Virus record (IMG/VR): IMGVR_UViG_3300032334_001488
Location: 2,502-66,501 of that record
From: a virus
Length of the DNA: 64,000 nucleotides
Direction: 5' to 3' (one strand)
How positions within the stretch are numbered: position 1 is the first letter of the stretch; every line of letters begins with the position of its first letter. The notes under the pieces were generated by a model, which was given only the letters and a program-made list of their open reading frames with translations, had not been told where the DNA came from and did no database searches. The position numbers and the translations under genes are program-made. This document shows, piece after piece, positions 23,920 to 33,463 of the stretch.

Positions 23920-24123
23920 TTAGAAGGGAAACGTATCAATCTCCCCGTAAGAGTTAATGCTCTCATTGGGCTCTAACTCATGGACAAGTTGATGCGCCCA
24001 TAAGTTACCCCATGGGTGAAACTGATTAGCGAACTCGCCAATTACTTCTTCTGCAAGAAGGATGGCTTCTTCTTTCGTGGCGGCTGCTTTATACCAGCAG
24101 CCACAATCAACTGCGTAGGTCAT
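23920..24123 (-). CDS. Hypothetical protein
   Basis: Protein-like ORF. Confidence 0.55.
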   Translation of the reverse strand: MTYAVDCGCWYKAAATKEEAILLAEEVIGEFANQFHPWGNLWAHQLVHELEPNESINSYGEIDTFPF

Positions 24124-24181
24124 GACTTAAATAAGCCACACTCAGTGTGTGGCAATAACCAAAGGGAGAGTTGCACTCCCT

Positions 24182-24219
24182 CCTGCATTGCTGCAGGGAC
24201 CCTGCATTGCTGCAGGGAC
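24182..24219. repeat. 19-nt tandem repeat of a GCAA-tetraloop hairpin
   Basis: CCTGCATTGCTGCAGGGAC x2. Confidence 0.8.
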
Positions 24220-24307
24220 TACTCTTGGCTAGCGCTACAATTCTGTACCGCGAAAGCGGGGGAGTGTAGCACACCCTAATATGAATACGTATCAGCTACG
24301 TATCAGC

Positions 24308-24580
24308 TTAATCCATGTAGGTGACGCTACCGAAGCGCCAATCAGGGTAGAAGTGCTTCTCCCAGAGATCAGGGCGAATCCGCCCCTTAACTAAAACTTG
24401 CTGGACAAGCGCCTTGGCGCGCTCGGGTGTGTGACCGTCGATTGATAAGCCGAGCTTATCACTCCACTTGATGTACACCCTGGAGCCAAAGCTCCATACC
24501 TTCGCGTAGTCCTTCAGCCGCCACACCGTGCTAGTATTGCTGCCGGCGTAGGTTGCTGGTGCTGCACTGGCTGTACTCAT
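24308..24580 (-). CDS. Hypothetical protein, first gene of the early arm
   Basis: AGGAG RBS before MSTASAAP. Confidence 0.65.
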   Translation of the reverse strand: MSTASAAPATYAGSNTSTVWRLKDYAKVWSFGSRVYIKWSDKLGLSIDGHTPERAKALVQQVLVKGRIRPDLWEKHFYPDWRFGSVTYMD

Positions 24581-24597
24581 GGTCTCTCTCCTGGTGC

Positions 24598-24621
24598 GGG
24601 GTGCTAATCTCCCCTGGTAGC
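24598..24621 (-). ncRNA. PK3 SD-proximal pseudoknot, copy 3 (covarying)
   Basis: GCUA-CCA-GGGG-AGAU-UAGC-A-CCCC followed by AGGAG. Confidence 0.7.
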
Positions 24622-24637
24622 CAACCATCGGAAATTT

Positions 24638-24663
24638 AAAAGGGCTACCGCCCTTTCTTTTTT
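24638..24663. terminator. Hairpin with T-tracts on both strands
   Basis: AAAAGGGC-TACC-GCCCTTTCTTTTTT. Confidence 0.5.
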
Positions 24664-24856
24664 CCTCCCACCTTTTACTTCTGGTGGGTGGTTGGAGAAG
24701 CGTCAGGAAAATCTATTACCTACTTGGAGGTATATAGGGCCGACTTTTAAGTAAAACGTTAATTTTGTAATGGTTTTACCTACTTAGCCCAAATATTTAC
24801 ACAAAAAATCCAGGGTGTTAACCCTGGAAATAAAATTATTTTTCCCTAATCAAGGT

Positions 24857-25069
24857 TTAAATTTCCCGTGAACGCTTGTAGGCTGCTGCTGCCCCCCTGG
24901 CGGCACTAAATGCTTCCGTATCTGGGTACTTATAAGCAATTTTTTTGCTGTGTTCAGAAATAAAATTGCGTACATCCGTAGAATTTGCACCGCGATCGAC
25001 TAAATCAAAGGCAGCGCTTTTGACTCCTTCAAGTTCTTGTACTTTTTTTGCGCGGTCGTCAATATTCAT
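24857..25069 (-). CDS. Hypothetical protein
   Basis: Protein-like ORF. Confidence 0.6.
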   Translation of the reverse strand: MNIDDRAKKVQELEGVKSAAFDLVDRGANSTDVRNFISEHSKKIAYKYPDTEAFSAARGAAAAYKRSREI

Positions 25070-25177
25070 TGGGGTGAATTAGCTAATTCACTTGATAATA
25101 TCTACTATACAACCGATATTTTTGAATTTTTACCGTATAAAATACTAACAAGAGCAAAAAATTACTAATAACCTCAA

Positions 25178-28100
25178 ATGCCCCTGTCACCTGCTGATTT
25201 CTACGCTTACAGCCGCGCAACAGGGGCTCCTGTCGCTGATACTCCCGAAGAACGGGCACGGCAAGCGCCTGATGTGTACGCATTTCGGCAGTCGCAGTTA
25301 CAATCGTATCAGCAGCCCGCTCAACAAGGCTTCAATGTCCTGGATGCTATTGGAAAAACTGCCCTTGCCGCCGGTGCTCTTGCCGGTGGTATTGGTTTAT
25401 ACCGTGGCCTTCGTGGCAAAGGAGCTGTCCAGCAAGTAAAACGCCCTGGGACACCAGCTACAGCTCCATCTGTGCGTCAGCCCTTGGAGCGTGTAGCAAA
25501 CCTTACCAAAACTGCACCAGTACCTTCTCAAGCACCACCTGCAACGCGTCCTGTTGCGGTCGTAGTAACGGAAGCTAAGCCAAACCTTGGTGTACAAGTA
25601 ACAAATCTTAACAAACCGGTTTCTGTTTCTACAGAAAAACCATTAGATCCTTGGCAAAGCGGTTTACCAACAAAGCCGATGCCTACGTCGGCACCGGTTC
25701 AGCGTACTGTAGCTGCTTTGCCACCAGCAGCAAAACAAACTAGCGCACTTCCTTTAGCCAATGAATTTCTTTATTCACAAATTGGCAAAATTTTTGGGGA
25801 TGCCCCAAATGAAGATATTGTTGCAATTTCAAAACTTCGCCCATTTAGTGAATCACAATTGACAGTATCAAGCGGTCTTGATGCAGGAGATCGTTTTATT
25901 GAAGAGTATGCACCGGAGTACGAGAAACTTGTACGTGGGCAGGCTCGTCAGGATGCTGACGTTGCCCGAAGGGTACGTGCACATCAAATGCAAGTACAAG
26001 GCAAAGCCGAACGAATTCTTGCTGACATTAGACAAGAGGCCTTGGCAGAAAACAAACCTACTTCTCAAGCTTTTTTAAAAACAACGACTCAGCCTAGCGA
26101 AGAAGTCCTTGATCGGTTGGCAGAAGATTATGAACAACGAGCAGCGGCAAATATTGCGGGACAGCATGTTGGTGAAACAATGGTTGACCAACACAACGCT
26201 GAAGCCCTTCAACATTCTTATCAATCCGTTGCTGCTGTTAATTCAGCGGAAGACCAAGTAACTGGTCGTGCAGTTCATGAATTACAACAAGATCCCCATG
26301 TAGACATGGGGCAAGTTAATGCACAGCCTCGTGCAACAATGCAGGGTCCGCTTATGGCAAGCGACCTTAACTATGTCAATTTAAAACATTCAGGCATGCA
26401 TCCTTTTGAAATTGAAGCACGGATGCAAGCATATGCAAATACCGGGGATCTTCGTTTATTGCATCCTCATTTTAACGTTGATTCTGTTGGTGCCCCAGAA
26501 TTTGCAAAAGCTCTTGGGGTTGTTAACGCACAAATTGCCACTGGTCCAGAAGGAAGAACTCAGCTGGTAGCAGGTGATTTATTAAACCCACAAGGGGAAA
26601 CTGCTAGGTCTTTTAGAGGTTCCAAAGGCACAACTATTTCCACTAAAGACGATGACTATGATCCTATGGCAGAGATGTTTGGGGTTGAAGGCGGAGTTGA
26701 GGTAACCCCTAGTGGAGAAGAGTTTCTTAAGGGAGGTGCATCTGCCGCATCCGATCCTCAAGGATTTGCAGCTCGTCAACTAGCTGCAGTACAAAATCAA
26801 CAAGCACGTAGGGTAACGCAACAAAAACAAGGCGAACAATTTGAAAAAGCAATTGATGATTTTGGTACGCGTTGGGATGAATTACATCGTTTACAGGCTT
26901 CTGGAGAAGAACACACAGGGGTTCATTTTCCTAGGCGTACTGTTCGCCCTATTGATGCTTACGACTTAGATATTCCTACTCGTATCGAAGCAGATGAGAA
27001 TGGTAATCTTTACCCAACGCGCTTGTTCCGCGACAGCTTGGATCCTGAAACAGTAGCCAAAGTTGAGGCTGGGCAACATGTTGAAGTAGAAGTTCCTTAT
27101 CTTGTTAACAAAGAACGTGCTTATGCAGATGCAGATGCCTTTGGTAAACAAATGCCAGAGTTGCGTACTCTTGCGGCCAAATACCAAGAAACTGGATCAA
27201 CATTAACGGGTCATTATTCATCTATTGTTGCTCCCTATGAAGGATCCGAAAAAGTTAATTTTGGAATCCAGGAAGGGCGTTATTTTGAGCCTGGTGAAAC
27301 AGGAATTACCCCTGCCTCTGGCAAAGGTTCAGAAAGAGGCAAGTTAGTTGGTGGTACCGCTGAACGTGAATTGCCAACTGACATATACCGTTTGGAATAC
27401 CATACAAATCCAGATGCACAAGGAAATGTTACCGTATATCCAAAAGGTATTTCTTTTGATCCAGAAACAGGAGAAGCAATTGTTTCAGAAGTTTCTTATC
27501 ACAATTTAAATGCTACTCACTTAAAAACAAATGAACCTTTGTATAAAATTCAAGGCCGCTTAGATGCTGCTCCCGGAATGATTGCAACTCAACCAATGCG
27601 TATTAGACGTGTTCTCACAAATGAACCCGTTGGCAAAATTGTAAAACAAGGACAAAGAGGCCCTTGGCAAGCAGACGTTCATGTTGCTACAGATGAACTT
27701 GTTAACGCTCCACTCCAAATACAAGACCTGGAAGGCAATCCCGTAAGTTACAACGGACAAATTACAAAAGAATATTTACAAGCGTTAGATAATCGCGCAC
27801 GTACTGAATTTAATAGCATTAAACATCAAAACTTAACCGAGCTCGAAAAATTGCGTCGATATGGGCACTTTAGTAATGAAGAAGCAAATCAAGTAAGAAT
27901 GCTTGTAGATGAGCCAAGCAATAGCGAATTAATGGCATCACATCCCCTGGCGCAAAAAGCACAGGAATCAGGTATCCTTCTAGGTCTTGGAGATGAGTAT
28001 GTACATCAAAATAATATTGTCAAACATCTATTAGCAACTGAAGCCGGCATTAAATTACCGGTTTTAGATTCTAATGCTCGTTATGAGTTTATGGCGCAAG

Positions 28101-28948
28101 CCACTGGACGCCCCAGAAATCCAACAGCAACGCGCACTTTGGTAACCGTAAATAACAATACAGGAGTTATTTACCCAATTAAACAAGAAGAGCTTGAGCA
28201 TGCTCAATCAATTTTAGATGAAAACAACAATCCACTAATGCCGAAACATTTTGGCAAAGTAAAACAAAAAGACACTACCATATTCCGTGGTGCAACTGGG
28301 CAAACATTGCAAGATGCTACTCAATCAGCCAAGGATTATTCTGGTCGCCCGACTGGGGAGCGCGTTGGGTACGGTGACGAAGACTTTATTGAGGTTGAGG
28401 GAGCTTATGGAGACGAAGCCGTTGGTAACTTTGGCTCTGTAGAACTTGGCAAACACCGGACACCCCAAGAAATGCGTCGGTATACCAGTCCAGCAAACAA
28501 AGCATATTCAACAGGTGGTCCCATGGTTGGACCTAATCCTCATATAGAAGCTGTTAGCAGGACAACTGGGCAATGGGTCCCGGCGGGCTCTTCTCCGGAT
28601 CTTAATAATGTGTTGTTTGCCCCGCGTCTTACCTATACCACTGCACCAAGGTCCCCTCGCGCCGTTCGCTATGGCGGCAGCCTAGAGCAAGCAATTATTG
28701 CTGCAGACCCACAAGGTGTCGGCCAAGCCATGCCAGGAATCAGGCAGCAAATGGGTCAAATCCAAAAATTAAAATTAGGTCTTGTACCGCGTTCAGAAAC
28801 GGAAGGAAGAGTCTCTACTTTCCAACAACAACCATTTGATAGACGTACCGATGCTCCTGGTATTGAATCCAGTTACGATATAGGAGCTGTTATGCAACAG
28901 CTCCAAAGTCAAGCAGCTCGTCGTTCAGCAAAAAGAGGTAGGCGTTAA
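25178..28948 (+). CDS. Large hypothetical protein (possible internal virion protein)
   Basis: 1256 aa; N-terminal hydrophobic Gly/Ala segment; basic C-terminal tail; no recognised domain. Confidence 0.8.
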   Translation: MPLSPADFYAYSRATGAPVADTPEERARQAPDVYAFRQSQLQSYQQPAQQGFNVLDAIGKTALAAGALAGGIGLYRGLRGKGAVQQVKRPGTPATAPSVRQPLERVANLTKTAPVPSQAPPATRPVAVVVTEAKPNLGVQVTNLNKPVSVSTEKPLDPWQSGLPTKPMPTSAPVQRTVAALPPAAKQTSALPLANEFLYSQIGKIFGDAPNEDIVAISKLRPFSESQLTVSSGLDAGDRFIEEYAPEYEKLVRGQARQDADVARRVRAHQMQVQGKAERILADIRQEALAENKPTSQAFLKTTTQPSEEVLDRLAEDYEQRAAANIAGQHVGETMVDQHNAEALQHSYQSVAAVNSAEDQVTGRAVHELQQDPHVDMGQVNAQPRATMQGPLMASDLNYVNLKHSGMHPFEIEARMQAYANTGDLRLLHPHFNVDSVGAPEFAKALGVVNAQIATGPEGRTQLVAGDLLNPQGETARSFRGSKGTTISTKDDDYDPMAEMFGVEGGVEVTPSGEEFLKGGASAASDPQGFAARQLAAVQNQQARRVTQQKQGEQFEKAIDDFGTRWDELHRLQASGEEHTGVHFPRRTVRPIDAYDLDIPTRIEADENGNLYPTRLFRDSLDPETVAKVEAGQHVEVEVPYLVNKERAYADADAFGKQMPELRTLAAKYQETGSTLTGHYSSIVAPYEGSEKVNFGIQEGRYFEPGETGITPASGKGSERGKLVGGTAERELPTDIYRLEYHTNPDAQGNVTVYPKGISFDPETGEAIVSEVSYHNLNATHLKTNEPLYKIQGRLDAAPGMIATQPMRIRRVLTNEPVGKIVKQGQRGPWQADVHVATDELVNAPLQIQDLEGNPVSYNGQITKEYLQALDNRARTEFNSIKHQNLTELEKLRRYGHFSNEEANQVRMLVDEPSNSELMASHPLAQKAQESGILLGLGDEYVHQNNIVKHLLATEAGIKLPVLDSNARYEFMAQATGRPRNPTATRTLVTVNNNTGVIYPIKQEELEHAQSILDENNNPLMPKHFGKVKQKDTTIFRGATGQTLQDATQSAKDYSGRPTGERVGYGDEDFIEVEGAYGDEAVGNFGSVELGKHRTPQEMRRYTSPANKAYSTGGPMVGPNPHIEAVSRTTGQWVPAGSSPDLNNVLFAPRLTYTTAPRSPRAVRYGGSLEQAIIAADPQGVGQAMPGIRQQMGQIQKLKLGLVPRSETEGRVSTFQQQPFDRRTDAPGIESSYDIGAVMQQLQSQAARRSAKRGRR

Positions 28949-28950
28949 TC

Positions 28951-29160
28951 ATGGCTGACAAAAAAGAAAAAAAGTGGATTCAAGACGCTGACATTAAAGA
29001 AGGCGCTTTTACTGCCAAGGCAAAAAAGAAAGGCATTACTTCGGCGCAGCTGCAAGAAAACGTATTGTCTGATCCAGATAAGTACGATGAAAAAACAGTA
29101 AAGCAAGCCAACCTTCGCCGGACTCTAGTAGGATTACATAAGAAGAAATCTAAGGAATAA
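28951..29160 (+). CDS. Small basic phage protein
   Basis: KWIQ.A.IK.GAFT.KAK...KQANL..TL; GAGG RBS. Confidence 0.7.
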   Translation: MADKKEKKWIQDADIKEGAFTAKAKKKGITSAQLQENVLSDPDKYDEKTVKQANLRRTLVGLHKKKSKE

Positions 29161-29165
29161 GCTCA

Positions 29166-29726
29166 ATGTTATTTGATGATGAACGGCCCGATCCAAGTAA
29201 ATATATTGGAATTGCTAATGACGGCAAGATTAAAAAATCGTTTGCAGATAACTTTCGCGTCAGTGCAAACAAAGGAATCGGTGGCCAATACCCCTGGGAC
29301 CCTGGTAGAAGCACCGAACAAGATATCTTAAACAGAGTTCAATCTGCAAAAATTACCCTTAACCCACGTCTTGGCAGGGTAGACGATCAAGCTCCGTTAA
29401 ATCATCAATTATTTATTGGACTTGGTAAATTTGTTCGGCATGAAAACTATGATTTTCAAGAAGGCAGACCCTTGACTGACCATCGGCCACAGAACAATAA
29501 AGATTTCAATAGTATCTGGGTGCAGGCCTACAAAATTAGCCCAACTATTCCTCCTGATAAACGTGCTAAGAACAGGATGCCAACCGCGGCAAATCCAGAT
29601 CCAAACGGATATATTAAACAACTGGCAGAAAAACAAGCTGTCAACGATGTGGAGGGGGCTCCTTTGGATTCAGCACCTGAGGAGCCTTCATTGCCAAGCG
29701 CAGAAGACAAAACAAAAACAGCTTGA
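29166..29726 (+). CDS. Hypothetical protein
   Basis: In operon, AGGA RBS. Confidence 0.65.
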   Translation: MLFDDERPDPSKYIGIANDGKIKKSFADNFRVSANKGIGGQYPWDPGRSTEQDILNRVQSAKITLNPRLGRVDDQAPLNHQLFIGLGKFVRHENYDFQEGRPLTDHRPQNNKDFNSIWVQAYKISPTIPPDKRAKNRMPTAANPDPNGYIKQLAEKQAVNDVEGAPLDSAPEEPSLPSAEDKTKTA

Positions 29727-29752
29727 AATATAATAAATAAAAAGGTAAAAAT

Positions 29753-30388
29753 ATGGGAATTAGGAGCGGTCTTGCAGGAGTAGCGAGGAACGTTGGTAAA
29801 GCTATCCAGGCAGAAGCTCCTGTTGTAGAGAGGGCTGCTGCAAAGGGTACGCAACGTGGCATGTCTGCCATGAGTAAGGCAATTTTGCAGGACTCAATTC
29901 CAAGTGCAGTTTTAACTACAGGGTTTAATCTCATTGCCGGTGTCAATCCATTGACTGCCCTGGCAGCAGGCGCAATTGATCTTGGCATGAATTATGGAGG
30001 CATTCAATTAGCAGGTAAATACTCCCCTGGAAACCTAGGCAAACTATCTTATACAGACCCAAGAACAAAAGAACTGGTAGAGCATAATCAATTTATTCCT
30101 TCTCGTATGCAACGTGGCGTGCAAATGGTTGCACCTATTGCGTCAAGCCTTGCAATTATGCCTTTAATTCAGGCGCAAGAACAACAGCAACCAGAGCAAA
30201 TAGATCAAACTGTTTCAACTGATCAACAAATTATGCAACGGCAATACATTAACAATTTACAAAACCAAGCAGTTTCTCCTGGAACCAACTTTCAAATGCA
30301 AGGGCTTGAGTCTACCCTGGACCCAGGAGCCCGAGATTTTGAAAATGCTTTAGCCATGATGGCAAATTCTGGATCTAGGTGGTATTAA
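29753..30388 (+). CDS. Putative virion/ejection protein with hydrophobic segments
   Basis: A/G-rich TM-like helices and a Q-rich tail. Confidence 0.6.
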   Translation: MGIRSGLAGVARNVGKAIQAEAPVVERAAAKGTQRGMSAMSKAILQDSIPSAVLTTGFNLIAGVNPLTALAAGAIDLGMNYGGIQLAGKYSPGNLGKLSYTDPRTKELVEHNQFIPSRMQRGVQMVAPIASSLAIMPLIQAQEQQQPEQIDQTVSTDQQIMQRQYINNLQNQAVSPGTNFQMQGLESTLDPGARDFENALAMMANSGSRWY

Positions 30389-31422
30389 TGAACTTAATTG
30401 ATCATGTCTTAAATTTTGGTAAAAGCCTAAAAGAAGGTTACACCACTGCTGCGGAAATGATGTCCGCAGCAGGAGATAGGGGCCATAGCATCTTTAATCC
30501 TACGTTTTATCGTGAACTAAAAGCAGGCGCTCCCGAGCAAACAGCACGAAGAATTGTAGCAGATCCTGGAACTAATATTGGCAGGCCTCAACAAGTTGTT
30601 ACATCTCCGGGAAGAAATCCTATTTCTTTAACGGAAACGCCCGGTAAATTTTTAGGGGCTTATACAGCGCGTTTATTGACAGATGTTGGAAATGATTCCA
30701 CCAGGCGGTTTTATTGGCGTTACAACCATCCTTTGGCAATTGCAGATAAAGTTCTTGAAAATGCCATTGGGGAAAAAGTTGCTCAAAAGCTTACCCCAAC
30801 TCAACGCTCTTTAGTCAACTTAGGTGCAGTAATACCGGCTGCTGCCTCTATGGGAATTTACGATATTACAAATCCGGAAGAGCAATTTAGGCCTAAAGGC
30901 TACACACAAGAATACTCGGCACTTGGTGCAGATGATCGAAGGTTATCTGTTCAACCAGGACAAGAGTTGTTCGATCGTTTTTTCTTGCAACGCCAAGGGG
31001 ATCCTTTGAAGTATGAAACAGCAAAAGCAGAAATTCCTGATCTAACTCCAGAGCGTTACGGTAACTATATGAATTTTAGGTACCAAGATAAAGGCTTGCT
31101 TGGCCTGGGACTTGTCAAAGCAACACCAGAAAATTTACAAGGTGTTCCAGAAGCTAGGATTCTTAACGTACCTGTAAGTGTGCCAGCAGTCACTGCAATT
31201 GCTGGCGGAGCGGCTGCATTGCGTTATGCCGGACAAAATAAAGTTAAGCCAGGTAAAATGGCACTAGCAGGCCTAGCTGGTTCCACTGCTGGAGCAGCAG
31301 TGGGCAATCTTGTGAATGAAGTAATTGCCATGGCCAACCGACCCAAGCTACCAGACTTACATCAGTACCAAGAGCAATACGGCATGAATTTTATTAATGA
31401 TTCCCGGCAAGGAATAAACTGA
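30379..31422 (+). CDS. Putative virion/ejection protein
   Basis: C-terminal glycine-zipper-like helices (AGLAGSTAGAAVG). Confidence 0.6.
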   Translation: MVLMNLIDHVLNFGKSLKEGYTTAAEMMSAAGDRGHSIFNPTFYRELKAGAPEQTARRIVADPGTNIGRPQQVVTSPGRNPISLTETPGKFLGAYTARLLTDVGNDSTRRFYWRYNHPLAIADKVLENAIGEKVAQKLTPTQRSLVNLGAVIPAAASMGIYDITNPEEQFRPKGYTQEYSALGADDRRLSVQPGQELFDRFFLQRQGDPLKYETAKAEIPDLTPERYGNYMNFRYQDKGLLGLGLVKATPENLQGVPEARILNVPVSVPAVTAIAGGAAALRYAGQNKVKPGKMALAGLAGSTAGAAVGNLVNEVIAMANRPKLPDLHQYQEQYGMNFINDSRQGIN

Positions 31423-31455
31423 TAAAATTAATGTATTGAAAGATAGTTTGTAAAC

Positions 31456-32406
31456 ATGACTTGGTCTTCTATAGCTGGTTTAGGAGGGCGACAAGCGCCG
31501 ACAGCTTATGATTTGCGAATGGCACAAATGCGTGCAAATCAATCTGCGCAAGGCCAAGCGCCAGGTTCTCCTTCTGCCGCTACTACCAATCTAGATGGTG
31601 CAGGTGCTTCGCAGCTTTGGGATACAGTAATGCAAACTGTCAATAATATTCCTGGGCAGCTAGAAGCATTACAAGGAAGAATGAATACCGCAGTTCAAAA
31701 TATTCCCGCAGGTGCTAAAACTGCCGCCAGCCGCACCGCTCGTTACGCTCCTGGTGCTGCCGTTGCTTTAGGTCAATTTGGTCAAGGCAATATTCTTGAG
31801 GGCCTTGGTGCCACAGGTGGTACTGCCCTAGCTGGACAGTTGGTAAAAAATCTTCCGATTCCGGGAGGCCCGCTCGCCAAGGGTGCAGTTAAGGGTGCAG
31901 TTGCTGTTGGCGCCAGCCTCCTTGGTGGCATCGGTGGCGGTGTTGTGGGCCATGCCGTCAGTGGCATCGGTGGGCAGCTTGCGGGTGGCCTTGGTCAGCT
32001 TATGGGTGGCGCACAAACTGCTGCACAGAACGTCGCTAACACTGTTGGAGGGGTACAACGTGAAGCAGGCACTTCTGCTGGTAGCGGCAGGGAAGTAGGC
32101 CTTGGTGGCATGAGTGACCAGGAGTTCAACCGCCTTAAGGCCCTGGAACAAATGGGAATCAATACTAAGCTTTCCTATGCCCAGTCAATGATGCCGCTAA
32201 TCAACCAGCAGAAGCAAAACGATTTTGTGCGCTTCATGCAAGCCAATCAACAACAAGGTCAGATTACTGGTGCACTTAATCGTCAAGCCCGTGCTTACGA
32301 TTTGGTTTCCCAGTCATCTGCCGAAAATACTGCTATTACTCAACAGATGCTTGCATCTAATCCTTACGCTCAGGTTGCAGGAAACTTTGCCAGCGCTCGC
32401 GCTTAA
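31456..32406 (+). CDS. Putative DNA-ejection (pilot-like) protein
   Basis: Long glycine-zipper region plus a Q-rich coiled coil. Confidence 0.55.
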   Translation: MTWSSIAGLGGRQAPTAYDLRMAQMRANQSAQGQAPGSPSAATTNLDGAGASQLWDTVMQTVNNIPGQLEALQGRMNTAVQNIPAGAKTAASRTARYAPGAAVALGQFGQGNILEGLGATGGTALAGQLVKNLPIPGGPLAKGAVKGAVAVGASLLGGIGGGVVGHAVSGIGGQLAGGLGQLMGGAQTAAQNVANTVGGVQREAGTSAGSGREVGLGGMSDQEFNRLKALEQMGINTKLSYAQSMMPLINQQKQNDFVRFMQANQQQGQITGALNRQARAYDLVSQSSAENTAITQQMLASNPYAQVAGNFASARA

Positions 32407-32411
32407 TAGAT

Positions 32412-32927
32412 ATGGGATTCAAACTTGACCCAACTGAAGCTTTCAGGGGCATCCAACCAGGAGCTGCCCCAGGGCTTTTTAGTTCAAATTTAACCAATGC
32501 AATTCCATTAACTAAATTTAAATATGATTTTAAAGGAGATTTTAATCCGGTGCCAGGTATTGCATCGCAGGCGTCTTTTAACACGCCTCAACTGGATTAC
32601 ACTAAACTTAGTTCTGGGGCGCAAGAACTGGCAGTTTTAATGAACGCCAATAGGGTTACTCCAGAGCAAAGACTACAGCAAACGCGAGAGCTGATGGAGT
32701 TACAAAACGAATATGATAAAAGAAAGGGAGATCAAACTCAACAATATGCGCTTGTAAACGGCATCATCAATTCGCTGGGGAGTATTGGCAGAAACGCTGG
32801 TTCTAGGTATGGATCTGATCCTGATGCTGTAGCAGCAGCTGCTCAACGCATGGCAGCCCTATCTGCCTCTGGACCCGGTTTAACGCCGCTTCCCAATGTG
32901 CCAGCGGTCAGGTACTATAACGTTTAA
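32412..32927 (+). CDS. Putative virion protein
   Basis: Q/A-rich, in operon. Confidence 0.55.
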   Translation: MGFKLDPTEAFRGIQPGAAPGLFSSNLTNAIPLTKFKYDFKGDFNPVPGIASQASFNTPQLDYTKLSSGAQELAVLMNANRVTPEQRLQQTRELMELQNEYDKRKGDQTQQYALVNGIINSLGSIGRNAGSRYGSDPDAVAAAAQRMAALSASGPGLTPLPNVPAVRYYNV

Positions 32928-32952
32928 TTATTGCAAAGGGTAAATAACAGCC

Positions 32953-33423
32953 ATGGCAGATTCACCGTTCAATCCTTGGTCACTAGGAGTAGCAGGCATA
33001 GGCGGAGCCTTTTCTCTTGCTAACGGTCTTATTGCTGCTGATGCACAAAACAAATCCACTGCTTTGCAGATGGATATGGCGGCACGTGCTCAAGAATTCC
33101 AAGAGCGTAAAGTTGCAACCGACGCTCTTCAGCAACGTTGGGGTGCAATCGAAGTTCCTGCTTGGCAACAATATCTACAAGGCAATGCAGCGCTTAAACA
33201 ACAAAATATTTTTGATCCAAAACAAATAGCTTTGGAGTCAGATCGTTATGGTTTTAATCTTAAAAACGAACTTTCTCCTGATGCCCTGAAATACACACAA
33301 AAGAAAAACAGAGATGCTCTGGAAGAAGCAATTAAAACTCAAGGCGCAGCTGCTGAACGGCATTTTGGCTATTCAACTCCCAGTCCTTTTGCATTCTCAA
33401 ATCCTTCATATTCCGTAGGCTAA
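32953..33423 (+). CDS. Putative ejection protein
   Basis: N-terminal GVAGIGGAFSLANG hydrophobic segment followed by a Q-rich helix. Confidence 0.55.
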   Translation: MADSPFNPWSLGVAGIGGAFSLANGLIAADAQNKSTALQMDMAARAQEFQERKVATDALQQRWGAIEVPAWQQYLQGNAALKQQNIFDPKQIALESDRYGFNLKNELSPDALKYTQKKNRDALEEAIKTQGAAAERHFGYSTPSPFAFSNPSYSVG

Positions 33424-33463
33424 GTCTTAAGTTGTATTAAAATAAAAAAAAGAGCGTAAACTA

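Noticed and set aside
23875-24180. tRNA genes suggested by T-loop-like hairpins
   Set aside because: No cloverleaf, anticodon arm or acceptor stem could be built
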